Program-made: the position numbers and the translations under genes
Shown: piece after piece, positions 14,201 through 29,339 of the stretch
Layout of the letters: each line of letters starts with the position of its first letter
Numbering within the stretch: the first letter of the stretch is position 1
DNA from: Lingula anatina
Taxonomy: Eukaryota; Animalia; Brachiopoda
DNA length: 64,000 nucleotides
Direction of reading: 5' to 3'
Assembly: GCA_051362555.1 (NCBI GenBank)
Contig: CM120641.1
Coordinates: 22,819,901 to 22,883,900 of the forward strand
Notes under the pieces: model-generated
Told to the model about the DNA's origin: nothing
The model's database searches: none
Seen by the model: the letters and a program-made list of their open reading frames with translations, nothing else

Positions 14201-17200
14201 CCCGGGTCACTTCATTAAAGCCCCCAATTTCAGCTTTAAAGATTGCCAGAAAGCACACCTGAGAACAGGATTTGGAGAGGGGGGTGGGTGGAGAGAGTTT
14301 TTGCTCTATTTCTTCCTTAATAATGATACAACCACTCTTCCAGTACTTTATCCTCACTACAAATGACCAAACACACCTACCTGACACAATATTGAAGAAA
14401 AAAATTTTTCATCCCTACCTGGCCAAAATTGAAGAAAACTGCCATATCCGGACCTTACGAAAATCACTCAAAATCACCCAAAAATGACCCGTCAAAAATT
14501 TTTCCAAAAAGTGATGAAAATCAATTTACCACACCTGACATTCATAAAAAATGTGGAAACGCGCCCGGGTCACTTCATTAAAGCCCCCAATTTCAGCTTT
14601 AAAGATTGCCAGAAAGCACACCTGAGAACAGGATTTGGAGAAAGGGGGGGCGGAGAGAGTTTTTGCTCTATTTCTTCCTTAATAATGATACAACCACTCT
14701 TCCAGTACTTTATCCTCACTACAAATGACCAAACACACCTACCTGACACAATATTGAAGAAAAAAATTTTTCATCCCTACCTGGCCAAAATTGAAGAAAA
14801 CTGCCATATCCGGACCTTACGAAAATCACTCAAAATCACCCAAAAATGACCAGTCAAAAATTTTTCCAAAAAGTGATGAAAATCAATTTACCACACCTGA
14901 CATTCATAAAAAATGTGGAAACGCGCCCGGGTCACTTCATTAAAGCCCCCAATTTCAGCTTTAAAGATTGCCAGAAAGCACACCTGAGAACAGGATTTGG
15001 AGAGGGGGGGGGTGGAGAGAGTTTTTGCTCTATTTCTTCCTTAATAATGATACAACCACTCTTCCAGTACTTTATCCTCACTACAAATGACCAAACACAC
15101 CTACCTGACACAATATTGAAGAAAAAAATTTTTCATCCCTACCTGGCCAAAATTGAAGAAAACTGCCATATCCGGACCTTACGAAAATCACTCAAAATCA
15201 CCCAAAAATGACCCGTCAAAAATTTTTCCAAAAAGTGATGAAAATCAATTTACCACACCTGACATTCATAAAAAATGTGGAAACGCGCCCGGGTCACTTC
15301 ATTAAAGCCCCCAATTTCAGCTTTAAAGATTGCCAGAAAGCACACCTGAGAACAGGATTTGGAGAAAGGGGGGGGCGGAGAGAGTTTTTGCTCTATTTCT
15401 TCCTTAATAATGATACAACCACTCTTCCAGTACTTTATCCTCACTACAAATGACCAAACACACCTACCTGACACAATATTGAAGAAAAAAATTTTTCATC
15501 CCTACCTGGCCAAAATTGAAGAAAACTGCCATATCCGGACCTTACGAAAATCACTCAAAATCACCCAAAAATGACCCGTCAAAAATTTTTCCAAAAAGTG
15601 ATGAAAATCAATTTACCACACCTGACATTCATAATAAATGTGGAAACGCACCCGGGTCACTTCATTAAAGCCCCCAATTTCAGCTTTAAAGATTGCCAGA
15701 AAGCACACCTGAGAACAGGATTTGGAGAGGGGGGGGGTGGAGAGAGTTTTTGCTCTATTTCTTCCTTAATAATGATACAACCACTCTTCCAGTACTTTAT
15801 CCTCACTACAAATGACCAAACACACCTACCTGACACAATATTGAAGAAAAAAATTTTTCATCCCTACCTGGCCAAAATTGAAGAAAACTGCCATATCCGG
15901 ACCTTACGAAAATCACTCAAAATCACCCAAAAATGACCCGTCAAAAATTTTTCCAAAAAGTGATGAAAATCAATTTACCACACCTGACATTCATAAAAAA
16001 TGTGGAAACGCGCCCGGGTCACTTCATTAAAGCCCCCAATTTCAGCTTTAAAGATTGCCAGAAAGCACACCTGAGAACAGGATTTGGAGAGGGGGGGGGG
16101 TGGAGAGAGTTTTTGCTCTATTTCTTCCTTAATAATGATACAACCACTCTTCCAGTACTTTATCCTCACTACAAATGACCAAACACACCTACCTGACACA
16201 ATATTGAAGAAAAAAATTTTTCATCCCTACCTGGCCAAAATTGAAGAAAACTGCCATATCCGGACCTTACGAAAATCACTCAAAATCACCCAAAAATGAC
16301 CCGTCAAAAATTTTTCCAAAAAGTGATGAAAATCAATTTACCACACCTGACATTCATAAAAAATGTGGAAACGCGCCCGGGTCACTTCATTAAAGCCCCC
16401 AATTTCAGCTTTAAAGATTGCCAGAAAGCACACCTGAGAACAGGATTTGGAGAGGGGGGGGTGGAGAGAGTTTTTGCTCTATTTCTTCCTTAATAATGAT
16501 ACAACCACTCTTCCAGTACTTTATCCTCACTACAAATGACCAAACACACCTACCTGACACAATATTGAAGAAAAAAATTTTTCATCCCTACCTGGCCAAA
16601 ATTGAAGAAAACTGCCATATCCGGATCTTACGAAAATCACTCAAAATCACCCAAAAATGACCCGTCAAAAATTTTTCCAAAAAGTGATGAAAATCAATTT
16701 ACCACACCTGACATTCATAAAAAATGTGGAAACGCGCCCGGGTCACTTCATTAAAGCCCCCAATTTCAGCTTTAAAGATTGCCAGAAAGCACACCTGAGA
16801 ACAGAATTTGGAGAGGGGGGGGGTGGAGAGAGTTTTTGCTCTATTTCTTCCTTAATAATGATACAACCACTCTTCCAGTACTTTATCCTCACTACAAATG
16901 ACCAAACACACCTACCTGACACAATATTGAAGAAAAAAATTTTTCATCCCTACCTGGCCAAAATTGAAGAAAACTGCCATATTCGGACCTTACGAAAATC
17001 ACTCAAAATCACCCAAAAATGACCCGTCAAAAATTTTTCCAAAAAGTGATGAAAATCAATTTACCACACCTGACATTCATAAAAAATGTGGAAACGCGCC
17101 CGGGTCACTTTATTAAAGCCCCCAATTTCAGCTTTAAAGATTGCCAGAAAGCACACCTGAGAACAGGATTTGGAGAGGGGGGGGTGGAGAGAGTTTTTGC

Positions 17201-20200
17201 TCTATTTCTTCCTTAATAATGATACAACCACTCTTCCAGTACTTTATCCTCACTACAAATGACCAAACACACCTACCTGACACAATATTGAAGAAAAAAA
17301 TTTTTCATCCCTACCTGGCCAAAATTAAAGAAAACTGCCATATCCGGACCTTACGAAAATCACTCAAAATCACCCAAAAATGACCCGTCAAAAATTTTTC
17401 CAAAAAGTGATGAAAATCAATTTACCACACCTGACATTCATAAAAAATGTGGAAACGCGCCCGGGTCACTTCATTAAAGCCCCCAATTTCAGCTTTAAAG
17501 ATTGCCAGAAAGCACACCTGAGAACAGGATTTGGAGAGGGGGGGGTGGAGAGAGTTTTTGCTCTATTTCTTCCTTAATAATGATACAACCACTCTTCCAG
17601 TACTTTATCCTCACTACAAATGACCAAACACACCTACCTGACACAATATTGAAGAAAAAAATTTTTCATCCCTACCTGGCCAAAATTGAAGAAAACTGCC
17701 ATATCCGGACCTTACGAAAATCACTCAAAATCACCCAAAAATGACCCGTCAAAAATTTTTCCAAAAAGTGATGAAAATCAATTTACCACACCTGACATTC
17801 ATAAAAAATGTGGAAACGCGCCCGGGTCACTTCATTAAAGCCCCCAATTTCAGCTTTAAAGATTGCCAGAAAGCACACCTGAGAACAGAATTTGGAGAGG
17901 GGGGGGTGGAGAGAGTTTTTGCTCTATTTCTTCCTTAATAATGATACAACCACTCTTCCAGTACTTTATCCTCACTACAAATGACCAAACACACCTACCT
18001 GACACAATATTGAAGAAAAAAATTTTTCATCCCTACCTGGCCAAAATTGAAGAAAACTGCCATATCCGGACCTTACGAAAATCACTCAAAATCACCCAAA
18101 AATGACCCGTCAAAAATTTTTCCAAAAAGTGATGAAAATCAATTTACCACACCTGACATTCATAAAAAATGTGGAAACGCGCCCGGGTCACTTCATTAAA
18201 GCCCCCAATTTCAGCTTTAAAGATTGCCAGAAAGCACACCTGAGAACAGGATTTGGAGAGGGGGGTGGGTGGAGAGAGTTTTTGCTCTATTTCTTCCTTA
18301 ATAATGATACAACCACTCTTCCAGTACTTTATCCTCACTACAAATGACCAAACACACCTACCTGACACAATATTGAAGAAAAAAATTTTTCATCCCTACC
18401 TGGCCAAAATTGAAGAAAACTGCCATATCCGGACCTTACGAAAATCACTCAAAATCACCCAAAAATGACCCGTCAAAAATTTTTCCAAAAAGTGATGAAA
18501 ATCAATTTACCACACCTGACATTCATAAAAAATGTGGAAACGCGCCCGGGTCACTTCATTAAAGCCCCCAATTTCAGCTTTAAAGATTGCCAGAAAGCAC
18601 ACCTGAGAACAGGATTTGGAGAAAGGGGGGGCGGAGAGAGTTTTTGCTCTATTTCTTCCTTAATAATGATACAACCACTCTTCCAGTACTTTATCCTCAC
18701 TACAAATGACCAAACACACCTACCTGACACAATATTGAAGAAAAAAATTTTTCATCCCTACCTGGCCAAAATTGAAGAAAACTGCCATATCCGGACCTTA
18801 CGAAAATCACTCAAAATCACCCAAAAATGACCAGTCAAAAATTTTTCCAAAAAGTGATGAAAATCAATTTACCACACCTGACATTCATAAAAAATGTGGA
18901 AACGCGCCCGGGTCACTTCATTAAAGCCCCCAATTTCAGCTTTAAAGATTGCCAGAAAGCACACCTGAGAACAGGATTTGGAGAGGGGGGGGGTGGAGAG
19001 AGTTTTTGCTCTATTTCTTCCTTAATAATGATACAACCACTCTTCCAGTACTTTATCCTCACTACAAATGACCAAACACACCTACCTGACACAATATTGA
19101 AGAAAAAAATTTTTCATCCCTACCTGGCCAAAATTGAAGAAAACTGCCATATCCGGACCTTACGAAAATCACTCAAAATCACCCAAAAATGACCCGTCAA
19201 AAATTTTTCCAAAAAGTGATGAAAATCAATTTACCACACCTGACATTCATAAAAAATGTGGAAACGCGCCCGGGTCACTTCATTAAAGCCCCCAATTTCA
19301 GCTTTAAAGATTGCCAGAAAGCACACCTGAGAACAGGATTTGGAGAAAGGGGGGGGCGGAGAGAGTTTTTGCTCTATTTCTTCCTTAATAATGATACAAC
19401 CACTCTTCCAGTACTTTATCCTCACTACAAATGACCAAACACACCTACCTGACACAATATTGAAGAAAAAAATTTTTCATCCCTACCTGGCCAAAATTGA
19501 AGAAAACTGCCATATCCGGACCTTACGAAAATCACTCAAAATCACCCAAAAATGACCCGTCAAAAATTTTTCCAAAAAGTGATGAAAATCAATTTACCAC
19601 ACCTGACATTCATAATAAATGTGGAAACGCACCCGGGTCACTTCATTAAAGCCCCCAATTTCAGCTTTAAAGATTGCCAGAAAGCACACCTGAGAACAGG
19701 ATTTGGAGAGGGGGGGGTGGAGAGAGTTTTTGCTCTATTTCTTCCTTAATAATGATACAACCACTCTTCCAGTACTTTATCCTCACTACAAATGACCAAA
19801 CACACCTACCTGACACAATATTGAAGAAAAAAATTTTTCATCCCTACCTGGCCAAAATTGAAGAAAACTGCCATATCCGGACCTTACGAAAATCACTCAA
19901 AATCACCCAAAAATGACCCGTCAAAAATTTTTCCAAAAAGTGATGAAAATCAATTTACCACACCTGACATTCATAAAAAATGTGGAAACGCGCCCGGGTC
20001 ACTTCATTAAAGCCCCCAATTTCAGCTTTAAAGATTGCCAGAAAGCACACCTGAGAACAGGATTTGGAGAGGGGGGGGGTTGAAAAGAGTTTTTGCTCTA
20101 TTTCTTCCTTAATAATGATACAACCACTCTTCCAGTACTTTATACTCACTACAAATGACCAAACACACCTACCTGACACAATATTGAAGAAAAAAATTTT

Positions 20201-20998
20201 TCATCCCTACCTGGCCAAAATTGAAGAAAACTGCCATATCCGGACCTTACGAAAATCACTCAAAATCACCCAAAAATGACCCGTCAAAAATTTTTCCAAA
20301 AAGTGATGAAAATCAATTTACCACACCTGACATTCATAAAAAATGTGGAAACGCGCCCGGGTCACTTCATTAAAGCCCCCAATTTCAGCTTTAAAGATTG
20401 CCAGAAAGCACACCTGAGAACAGGATTTGGAGAGGGGGGGGTGGAGAGAGTTTTTGCTCTATTTCTTCCTTAATAATGATACAACCACTCTTCCAGTACT
20501 TTATCCTCACTACAAATGACCAAACACACCTACCTGACACAATATTGAAGAAAAAAATTTTTCATCCCTACCTGGCCAAAATTGAAGAAAACTGCCATAT
20601 CCGGATCTTACGAAAATCACTCAAAATCACCCAAAAATGACCCGTCAAAAATTTTTCCAAAAAGTGATGAAAATCAATTTACCACACCTGACATTCATAA
20701 AAAATGTGGAAACGCGCCCGGGTCACTTCATTAAAGCCCCCAATTTCAGCTTTAAAGATTGCCAGAAAGCACACCTGAGAACAGAATTTGGAGAGGGGGG
20801 GGGTGGAGAGAGTTTTTGCTCTATTTCTTCCTTAATAATGATACAACCACTCTTCCAGTACTTTATCCTCACTACAAATGACCAAACACACCTACCTGAC
20901 ACAATATTGAAGAAAAAAATTTTTCATCCCTACCTGGCCAAAATTGAAGAAAACTGCCATATCCGGACCTTACGAAAATCACTCAAAATCACCCAAAA
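11225..20998. repeat. 8-monomer higher-order repeat (~2.9 kb), three copies: 11225-14120, 14121-17018, 18102-20998
   Basis: The same ordered variants occur in each copy: GGGGTGGGTGG; GAAAG7C; GACCAGT; GAAAG8C; ATAATA+GCACCC; near-consensus; GGATCTT; ACAGAATTT. Three extra monomers (17019-18101) separate copies 2 and 3. Confidence 0.92.
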
Positions 20999-21361
20999 AT
21001 GACCCGTCAAAAATTTTTTCCAAAATGTGATGAAAATCAATTTACCACACCTGACATTCATAAAAAATGTGGAAACGCACCCGGGTCACTTCATTAAAGC
21101 CCCCAATTTCAGCTTTAATGATTGCCAGAAAGCACACCTGAGAACAGGATTTGGAGAGGGGGGGGGTGGAGAGAGTTTTTGCTCTATTTCTTCCTTAATA
21201 ATGATACAACCACTCTTCCAGTACTTTATCCTCACTACAAATGACCAAACACACCTACCTGACACAATATTGAAGAAAAAAATTTTTCATCCCTACCTGG
21301 CCAAAATTGAAGAAAACTGCCATATCCGGACCTTACGAAAATCACTCAAAATCACCCAAAA

Positions 21362-24300
21362 ATGACCCGTCAAAAATTTTTCCAAAAAGTGATGAAAATC
21401 AATTTACCACACCTGACATTCATAAAAAATGTGGAAACGCGCCCAGGTCACTTCATTAAAGCCCCCAATTTCAGCTTTAAAGATTGCCAGAAAGCACACC
21501 TGAGAACAGAATTTGGAGAGGGGGGGGGTGGAGAGAGTTTTTGCTCTATTTCTTCCTTAATAATGATACAACCACTCTTCCAGTACTTTATCCTCACTAC
21601 AAATGACCAAACACACCTACCTGACACAATATTGAAGAAAAAAATTTTTCATCCCTACCTGGCCAAAATTGAAGAAAACTGCCATATCCGGACCTTACGA
21701 AAATCACTCAAAATCACCCAAAAATGACCCGTCAAAAATTTTTTCCAAAATGTGATGAAAATCAATTTACCACACCTGACATTCATAAAAAATGTGGAAA
21801 CGCACCCGGGTCACTTCATTAAAGCCCCCAATTTCAGCTTTAATGATTGCCAGAAAGCACACCTGAGAACAGGATTTGGAGAGGGGGGGGGGGGTGGAGA
21901 GAGTTTTTGCTCTATTTCTTCCTTAATAATGATACAACCACTCTTCCAGTACTTTATCCTCACTACAAATGACCAAACACACCTACCTGACACAATATTG
22001 AAGAAAAAAATTTTTCATCCCTACCTGGCCAAAATTGAAGAAAACTGCCATATCCGGACCTTACGAAAATCACTCAAAATCACCCAAAAATGACCCGTCA
22101 AAAATTTTTCCAAAAAGTGATGAAAATCAATTTACCACACCTGACATTCATAAAAAATGTGGAAACGCGCCCGGGTCACTTCATTAAAGCCCCCAATTTC
22201 AGCTTTAAAGATTGCCAGAAAGCACACCTGAGAACAGGATTTGGAGAGGGGGGGGGGGTGGAGAGAGTTTTTGCTCTATTTCTTCCTTAATAATGATACA
22301 ACCACTCTTCCAGTACTTTATCCTCACTACAAATGACCAAACACACCTACCTGACACAATATTGAAGAAAAAAATTTTTCATCCCTACCTGGCCAAAATT
22401 GAAGAAAACTGCCATATCCGGACCTTACGAAAATCACTCAAAATCACCCAAAAATGACCCGTCAAAAATTTTTCCAAAAAGTGATGAAAATCAATTTACC
22501 ACACCTGACATTCATAAAAAATGTGGAAACGCGCCCGGGTCACTTCATTAAAGCCCCCAATTTCAGCTTTAAAGATTGCCAGAAAGCACACCTGAGAACA
22601 GGATTTGGAGAGGGGGGGGGGGTGGAGAGAGTTTTTGCTCTATTTCTTCCTTAATAATGATACAACCACTCTTCCAGTACTTTATCCTCACTACAAATGA
22701 CCAAACACACCTACCTGACACAATATTGAAGAAAAAAATTTTTCATCCCTACCTGGCCAAAATTGAAGAAAACTGCCATATCCGGACCTAACGAAAATCA
22801 CTCAAAATCACCCAAAAATGACCCGTCAAAAATTTTTCCAAAAAGTGATGAAAATCAATTTACCACACCTGACATTCATAAAAAATGTGGAAACGCGCCC
22901 GGGTCACTTCATTAAAGCCCCCAATTTCAGCTTTAAAGATTGCCAGAAAGCACACCTGAGAACAGGATTTGGAGAGGGGGGGGGGTGGAGAGAGTTTTTG
23001 CTCTATTTCTTCCTTAATAATGATACAACCACTCTTCCAGTACTTTATCCTCACTACAAATGACCAAACACACCTACCTGACACAATATTGAAGAAAAAA
23101 ATTTTTCATCCCTACCTGGCCAAAATTGAAGAAAACTGCCATATCCGGACCTTACGAAAATCACTCAAAATCACCCAAAAATGACCCGTCAAAAATTTTT
23201 CCAAAAAGTGATGAAAATCAATTTACCACACCTGACATTCATAAAAAATGTGGAAACGCGCCCGGGTCACTTCATTAAAGCCCCCAATTTCAGCTTTAAA
23301 GATTGCCAGAAAGCACACCTGAGAACAGGATTTGGAGAGGGGGGGGTGGAGAGAGTTTTTGCTCTATTTCTTCCTTAATAATGATACAACCACTCTTCCA
23401 GTACTTTATCCTCACTACAAATGACCAAACACACCTACCTGACACAATATTGAAGAAAAAAAATTTTTCATCCCTACCTGGCCAAAATTGAAGAAAACTG
23501 CCATATCCGGACCTTACGAAAATCACTCAAAATCACCCAAAAATGACCCGTCAAAAATTTTTTCCAAAATGTGATGAAAATCAATTTACCACACCTGACA
23601 TTCATAAAAAATGTGGAAACGCACCCGGGTCACTTCATTAAAGCCCCCAATTTCAGCTTTAAAGATTGCCAGAAAGCACACCTGAGAACAGGATTTGGAG
23701 AGGGGGGGGGTGGAGAGAGTTTTTGCTCTATTTCTTCCTTAATAATGATACAACCACTCTTCCAGTACTTTATCCTCACTACAAATGACCAAACACACCT
23801 ACCTGACACAATATTGAAGAAAAAAATTTTTCATCCCTACCTGGCCAAAATTGAAGAAAACTGCCATATCCGGACCTTACGAAAATCACTCAAAATCACC
23901 CAAAAATGACCCGTCAAAAATTTTTCCAAAAAGTGATGAAAATCAATTTACCACACCTGACATTCATAAAAAATGTGGAAACGCGCCCGGGTCACTTCAT
24001 TAAAGCCCCCAATTTCAGCTTTAAAGATTGCCAGAAAGCACACCTGAGAACAGGATTTGGAGAGGGGGGGGTGGAGAGAGTTTTTGCTCTATTTCTTCCT
24101 TAATAATGATACAACCACTCTTCCAGTACTTTATCCTCACTACAAATGACCAAACACACCTACCTGACACAATATTGAAGAAAAAAATTTTTCATCCCTA
24201 CCTGGCCAAAATTGAAGAAAACTGCCATATCCGGACCTTACGAAAATCACTCAAAATCACCCAAAAATGACCCATCAAAAATTTTTCCAAAAAGTGATGA

Positions 24301-27300
24301 AAATCAATTTACCACACCTAACATTCATAAAAAATGTGGAAACGCGCCCGGGTCACTTCATTAAAGCCCCCAATTTCAGCTTTAAAGATTGCCAGAAAGC
24401 ACACCTGAGAACAGGATTTGGAGAGGGGGGGGTGGAGAGAGTTTTTGCTCTATTTCTTCCTTAATAATGATACAACCACTCTTCCAGTACTTTATCCTCA
24501 CTACAAATGACCAAACACACCTACCTGACACAATATTGAAGAAAAAAATTTTTCATCCCTACCTGGCCAAAATTGAAGAAAACTGCCATATCCGGACCTT
24601 ACGAAAATCACTCAAAATCACCCAAAAATGACCCGTCAAAAATTTTTCCAAAAAGTGATGAAAATCAATTTACCACACCTGACATTCATAAAAAATGTGG
24701 AAACGCGCCCGGGTCACTTCATTAAAGCCCCCAATTTCAGCTTTAAAGATTGCCAGAAAGCACACCTGAGAACAGGATTTGGAGAGGGGGGGGTGGAGAG
24801 AGTTTTTGCTCTATTTCTTCCTTAATAATGATACAACCACTCTTCCAGTACTTTATCCTCACTACAAATGACCAAACACACCTACCTGACACAATATTGA
24901 AGAAAAAAATTTTTCATCCCTACCTGGCCAAAATTGAAGAAAACTGCCATATCCGGACCTTACGAAAATCACTCAAAATCACCCAAAAATGACCCGTCAA
25001 AAATTTTTCCAAAAAGTGATGAAAATCAATTTACCACACCTGACATTCATAAAAAATGTGGAAACGCGCCCGGGTCACTTCATTAAAGCCCCCAATTTCA
25101 GCTTTAAAGATTGCCAGAAAGCACACCTGAGAACAGAATTTGGAGAGGGGGGGGGTGGAGAGAGTTTTTGCTCTATTTCTTCCTTAATAATGATACAACC
25201 ACTCTTCCAGTACTTTATCCTCACTACAAATGACCAAACAAACCTACCTGACACAATATTGAAGAAAAAAATTTTTCATCCCTACCTGGCCAAAATTGAA
25301 GAAAACTGCCATATCCGGACCTTACGAAAATCACTCAAAATCACCCAAAAATGACCCGTCAAAAATTTTTTCCAAAATGTGATGAAAATCAATTTACCAC
25401 ACCTGACATTCATAAAAAATGTGGAAACGCACCCGGGTCACTTCATTAAAGCCCCCAATTTCAGCTTTAATGATTGCCAGAAAGCACACCTGAGAACAGG
25501 ATTTGGAGAGGGGGGGGGTGGAGAGAGTTTTTGCTCTATTTCTTCCTTAATAATGATACAACCACTCTTCCAGTACTTTATCCTCACTACAAATGACCAA
25601 ACACACCTACCTGACACAATATTGAAGAAAAAAATTTTTCATCCCTACCTGGCCAAAATTGAAGAAAACTGCCATATCCGGACCTTACGAAAATCACTCA
25701 AAATCACCCAAAAATGACCCGTCAAAAATTTTTCCAAAAAGTGATGAAAATCAATTTACCACACCTGACATTCATAAAAAATGTGGAAACGCACCCGGGT
25801 CACTTCATTAAAGCCCCCAATTTCAGCTTTAATGATTGCCAGAAAGCACACCTGAGAACAGGATTTGGAGAGGGGGGGGGTGGAGAGAGTTTTTGCTCTA
25901 TTTCTTCCTTAATAATGATACAACCACTCTTCCAGTACTTTATCCTCACTACAAATGACCAAACACACCTACCTGACACAATATTGAAGAAAAAAATTTT
26001 TCATCCCTACCTGGCCAAAATTGAAGAAAACTGCCATATCCGGACCTTACGAAAATCACTCAAAATCACCCAAAAATGACCCGTCAAAAATTTTTCCAAA
26101 AAGTGATGAAAATCAATTTACCACACCTGACATTCATAAAAAATGTGGAAACGCGCCCGGGTCACTTCATTAAAGCCGACAATTTCAGCTTTAAAGATTG
26201 CCAGAAAGCACACCTGAGAACAGGATTTGGAGAGGGGGGGGGGTGGAGAGAGTTTTTGCTCTATTTCTTCCTTAATAATGATACAACCACTCTTCCAGTA
26301 CTTTATCCTCACTACAAATGACCAAACACACCTACCTGACACAATATTGAAGAAAAAAATTTTTCATCCCTACCTGGCCAAAATTGAAGAAAACTGCCAT
26401 ATCCGGACCTTACGAAAATCACTCAAAATCACCCAAAAATGACCCGTCAAAAATTTTTCCAAAAAGTGATGAAAATCAATTTACCACACCTGACATTCAT
26501 AAAAAATGTGGAAACGCGCCCGGGTCACTTCATTAAAGCCCCCAATTTCAGCTTTAAAGATTGCCAGAAAGCACACCTGAGAACAGGATTTGGAGAGGGG
26601 GGGGGGTGGAGAGAGTTTTTGCTCTATTTCTTCCTTAATAATGATACAACCACTCTTCCAGTACTTTATCCTCACTACAAATGACCAAACACACCTACCT
26701 GACACAATATTGAAGAAAAAAATTTTTCATCCCTACCTGGCCAAAATTGAAGAAAACTGCCATATCCGGACCTAACGAAAATCACTCAAAATCACCCAAA
26801 AATGACCCGTCAAAAATTTTTCCAAAAAGTGATGAAAATCAATTTACCACACCTGACATTCATAAAAAATGTGGAAACGCGCCCGGGTCACTTCATTAAA
26901 GCCCCCAATTTCAGCTTTAAAGATTGCCAGAAAGCACACCTGAGAACAGGATTTGGAGAGGGTGGGGGGGGTGGAGAGAGTTTTTGCTCTATTTCTTCCT
27001 TAATAATGATACAACCACTCTTCCAGTACTTTATCCTCACTACAAATGACCAAACACACCTACCTGACACAATATTGAAGAAAAAAATTTTTCATCCCTA
27101 CCTGGCCAAAATTGAAGAAAACTGCCATATCCGGACCTTACGAAAATCACTCAAAATCACCCAAAAATGACCCGTCAAAAATTTTTCCAAAAAGTGATGA
27201 AAATCAATTTACCACACCTGACATTCATAAAAAATGTGGAAACGCGCCCGGGTCACTTCATTAAAGCCCCCAATTTCAGCTTTAAAGATTGCCAGAAAGC

Positions 27301-29339
27301 ACACCTGAGAACAGGATTTGGAGAGGGGGGGGGGTGGAGAGAGTTTTTGCTCTATTTCTTCCTTAATAATGATACAACCACTCTTCCAGTACTTTATCCT
27401 CACTACAAATGACCAAACACACCTACCTGACACAATATTGAAGAAAAAAATTTTTCATCCCTACCTGGCCAAAATTGAAGAAAACTGCCATATCCGGACC
27501 TTACGAAAATCACTCAAAATCACCCAAAAATGACCCGTCAAAAATTTTTCCAAAAAGTGATGAAAATCAATTTACCACACCTGACATTCATAAAAAATGT
27601 GGAAACGCGCCCGGGTCACTTCATTAAAGCCCCCAATTTCAGCTTTAAAGATTGCCAGAAAGCACACCTGAGAACAGGATTTGGAGAGGGGGGGGTGGAG
27701 AGAGTTTTTGCTCTATTTCTTCCTTAATAATGATACAACCACTCTTCCAGTACTTTATCCTCACTACAAATGACCAAACACACCTACCTGACACAATATT
27801 GAAGAAAAAAAATTTTTCATCCCTACCTGGCCAAAATTGAAGAAAACTGCCATATCCGGACCTTACGAAAATCACTCAAAATCACCCAAAAATGACCCGT
27901 CAAAAATTTTTTCCAAAATGTGATGAAAATCAATTTACCACACCTGACATTCATAAAAAATGTGGAAACGCACCCGGGTCACTTCATTAAAGCCCCCAAT
28001 TTCAGCTTTAAAGATTGCCAGAAAGCACACCTGAGAACAGGATTTGGAGAGGGGGGGGGGTGGAGAGAGTTTTTGCTCTATTTCTTCCTTAATAATGATA
28101 CAACCACTCTTCCAGTACTTTATCCTCACTACAAATGACCAAACACACCTACCTGACACAATATTGAAGAAAAAAATTTTTCATCCCTACCTGGCCAAAA
28201 TTGAAGAAAACTGCCATATCCGGACCTTACGAAAATCACTCAAAATCACCCAAAAATGACCCGTCAAAAATTTTTCCAAAAAGTGATGAAAATCAATTTA
28301 CCACACCTGACATTCATAAAAAATGTGGAAACGCGCCCGGGTCACTTCATTAAAGCCCCCAATTTCAGCTTTAAAGATTGCCAGAAAGCACACCTGAGAA
28401 CAGGATTTGGAGAGGGGGGGGGTGGAGAGAGTTTTTGCTCTATTTCTTCCTTAATAATGATACAACCACTCTTCCAGTACTTTATCCTCACTACAAATGA
28501 CCAAACACACCTACCTGACACAATATTGAAGAAAAAAATTTTTCATCCCTACCTGGCCAAAATTGAAGAAAACTGCCATATCCGGACCTTACGAAAATCA
28601 CTCAAAATCACCCAAAAATGACCCATCAAAAATTTTTCCAAAAAGTGATGAAAATCAATTTACCACACCTAACATTCATAAAAAATGTGGAAACGCGCCC
28701 GGGTCACTTCATTAAAGCCCCCAATTTCAGCTTTAAAGATTGCCAGAAAGCACACCTGAGAACAGGATTTGGAGAGGGGGGGGTGGAGAGAGTTTTTGCT
28801 CTATTTCTTCCTTAATAATGATACAACCACTCTTCCAGTACTTTATCCTCACTACAAATGACCAAACACACCTACCTGACACAATATTGAAGAAAAAAAT
28901 TTTTCATCCCTACCTGGCCAAAATTGAAGAAAACTGCCATATCCGGACCTTACGAAAATCACTCAAAATCACCCAAAAATGACCCGTCAAAAATTTTTCC
29001 AAAAAGTGATGAAAATCAATTTACCACACCTGACATTCATAAAAAATGTGGAAACGCGCCCGGGTCACTTCATTAAAGCCCCCAATTTCAGCTTTAAAGA
29101 TTGCCAGAAAGCACACCTGAGAACAGGATTTGGAGAGGGGGGGGTGGAGAGAGTTTTTGCTCTATTTCTTCCTTAATAATGATACAACCACTCTTCCAGT
29201 ACTTTATCCTCACTACAAATGACCAAACACACCTACCTGACACAATATTGAAGAAAAAAATTTTTCATCCCTACCTGGCCAAAATTGAAGAAAACTGCCA
29301 TATCCGGACCTTACGAAAATCACTCAAAATCACCCAAAA
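21362..29339. repeat. Imperfect tandem block duplication: 10 monomers (21362-24988) versus 12 monomers (24989-29339)
   Basis: Shared ordered markers are ACAGAATTT; AAAATGTGA+GCACCC+TTAATGA; CCTAACG; extra A; AAAATGTGA+GCACCC; CCCATC+CCTAAC. Offsets step from 3627 to 3985 to 4349. Confidence 0.85.
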
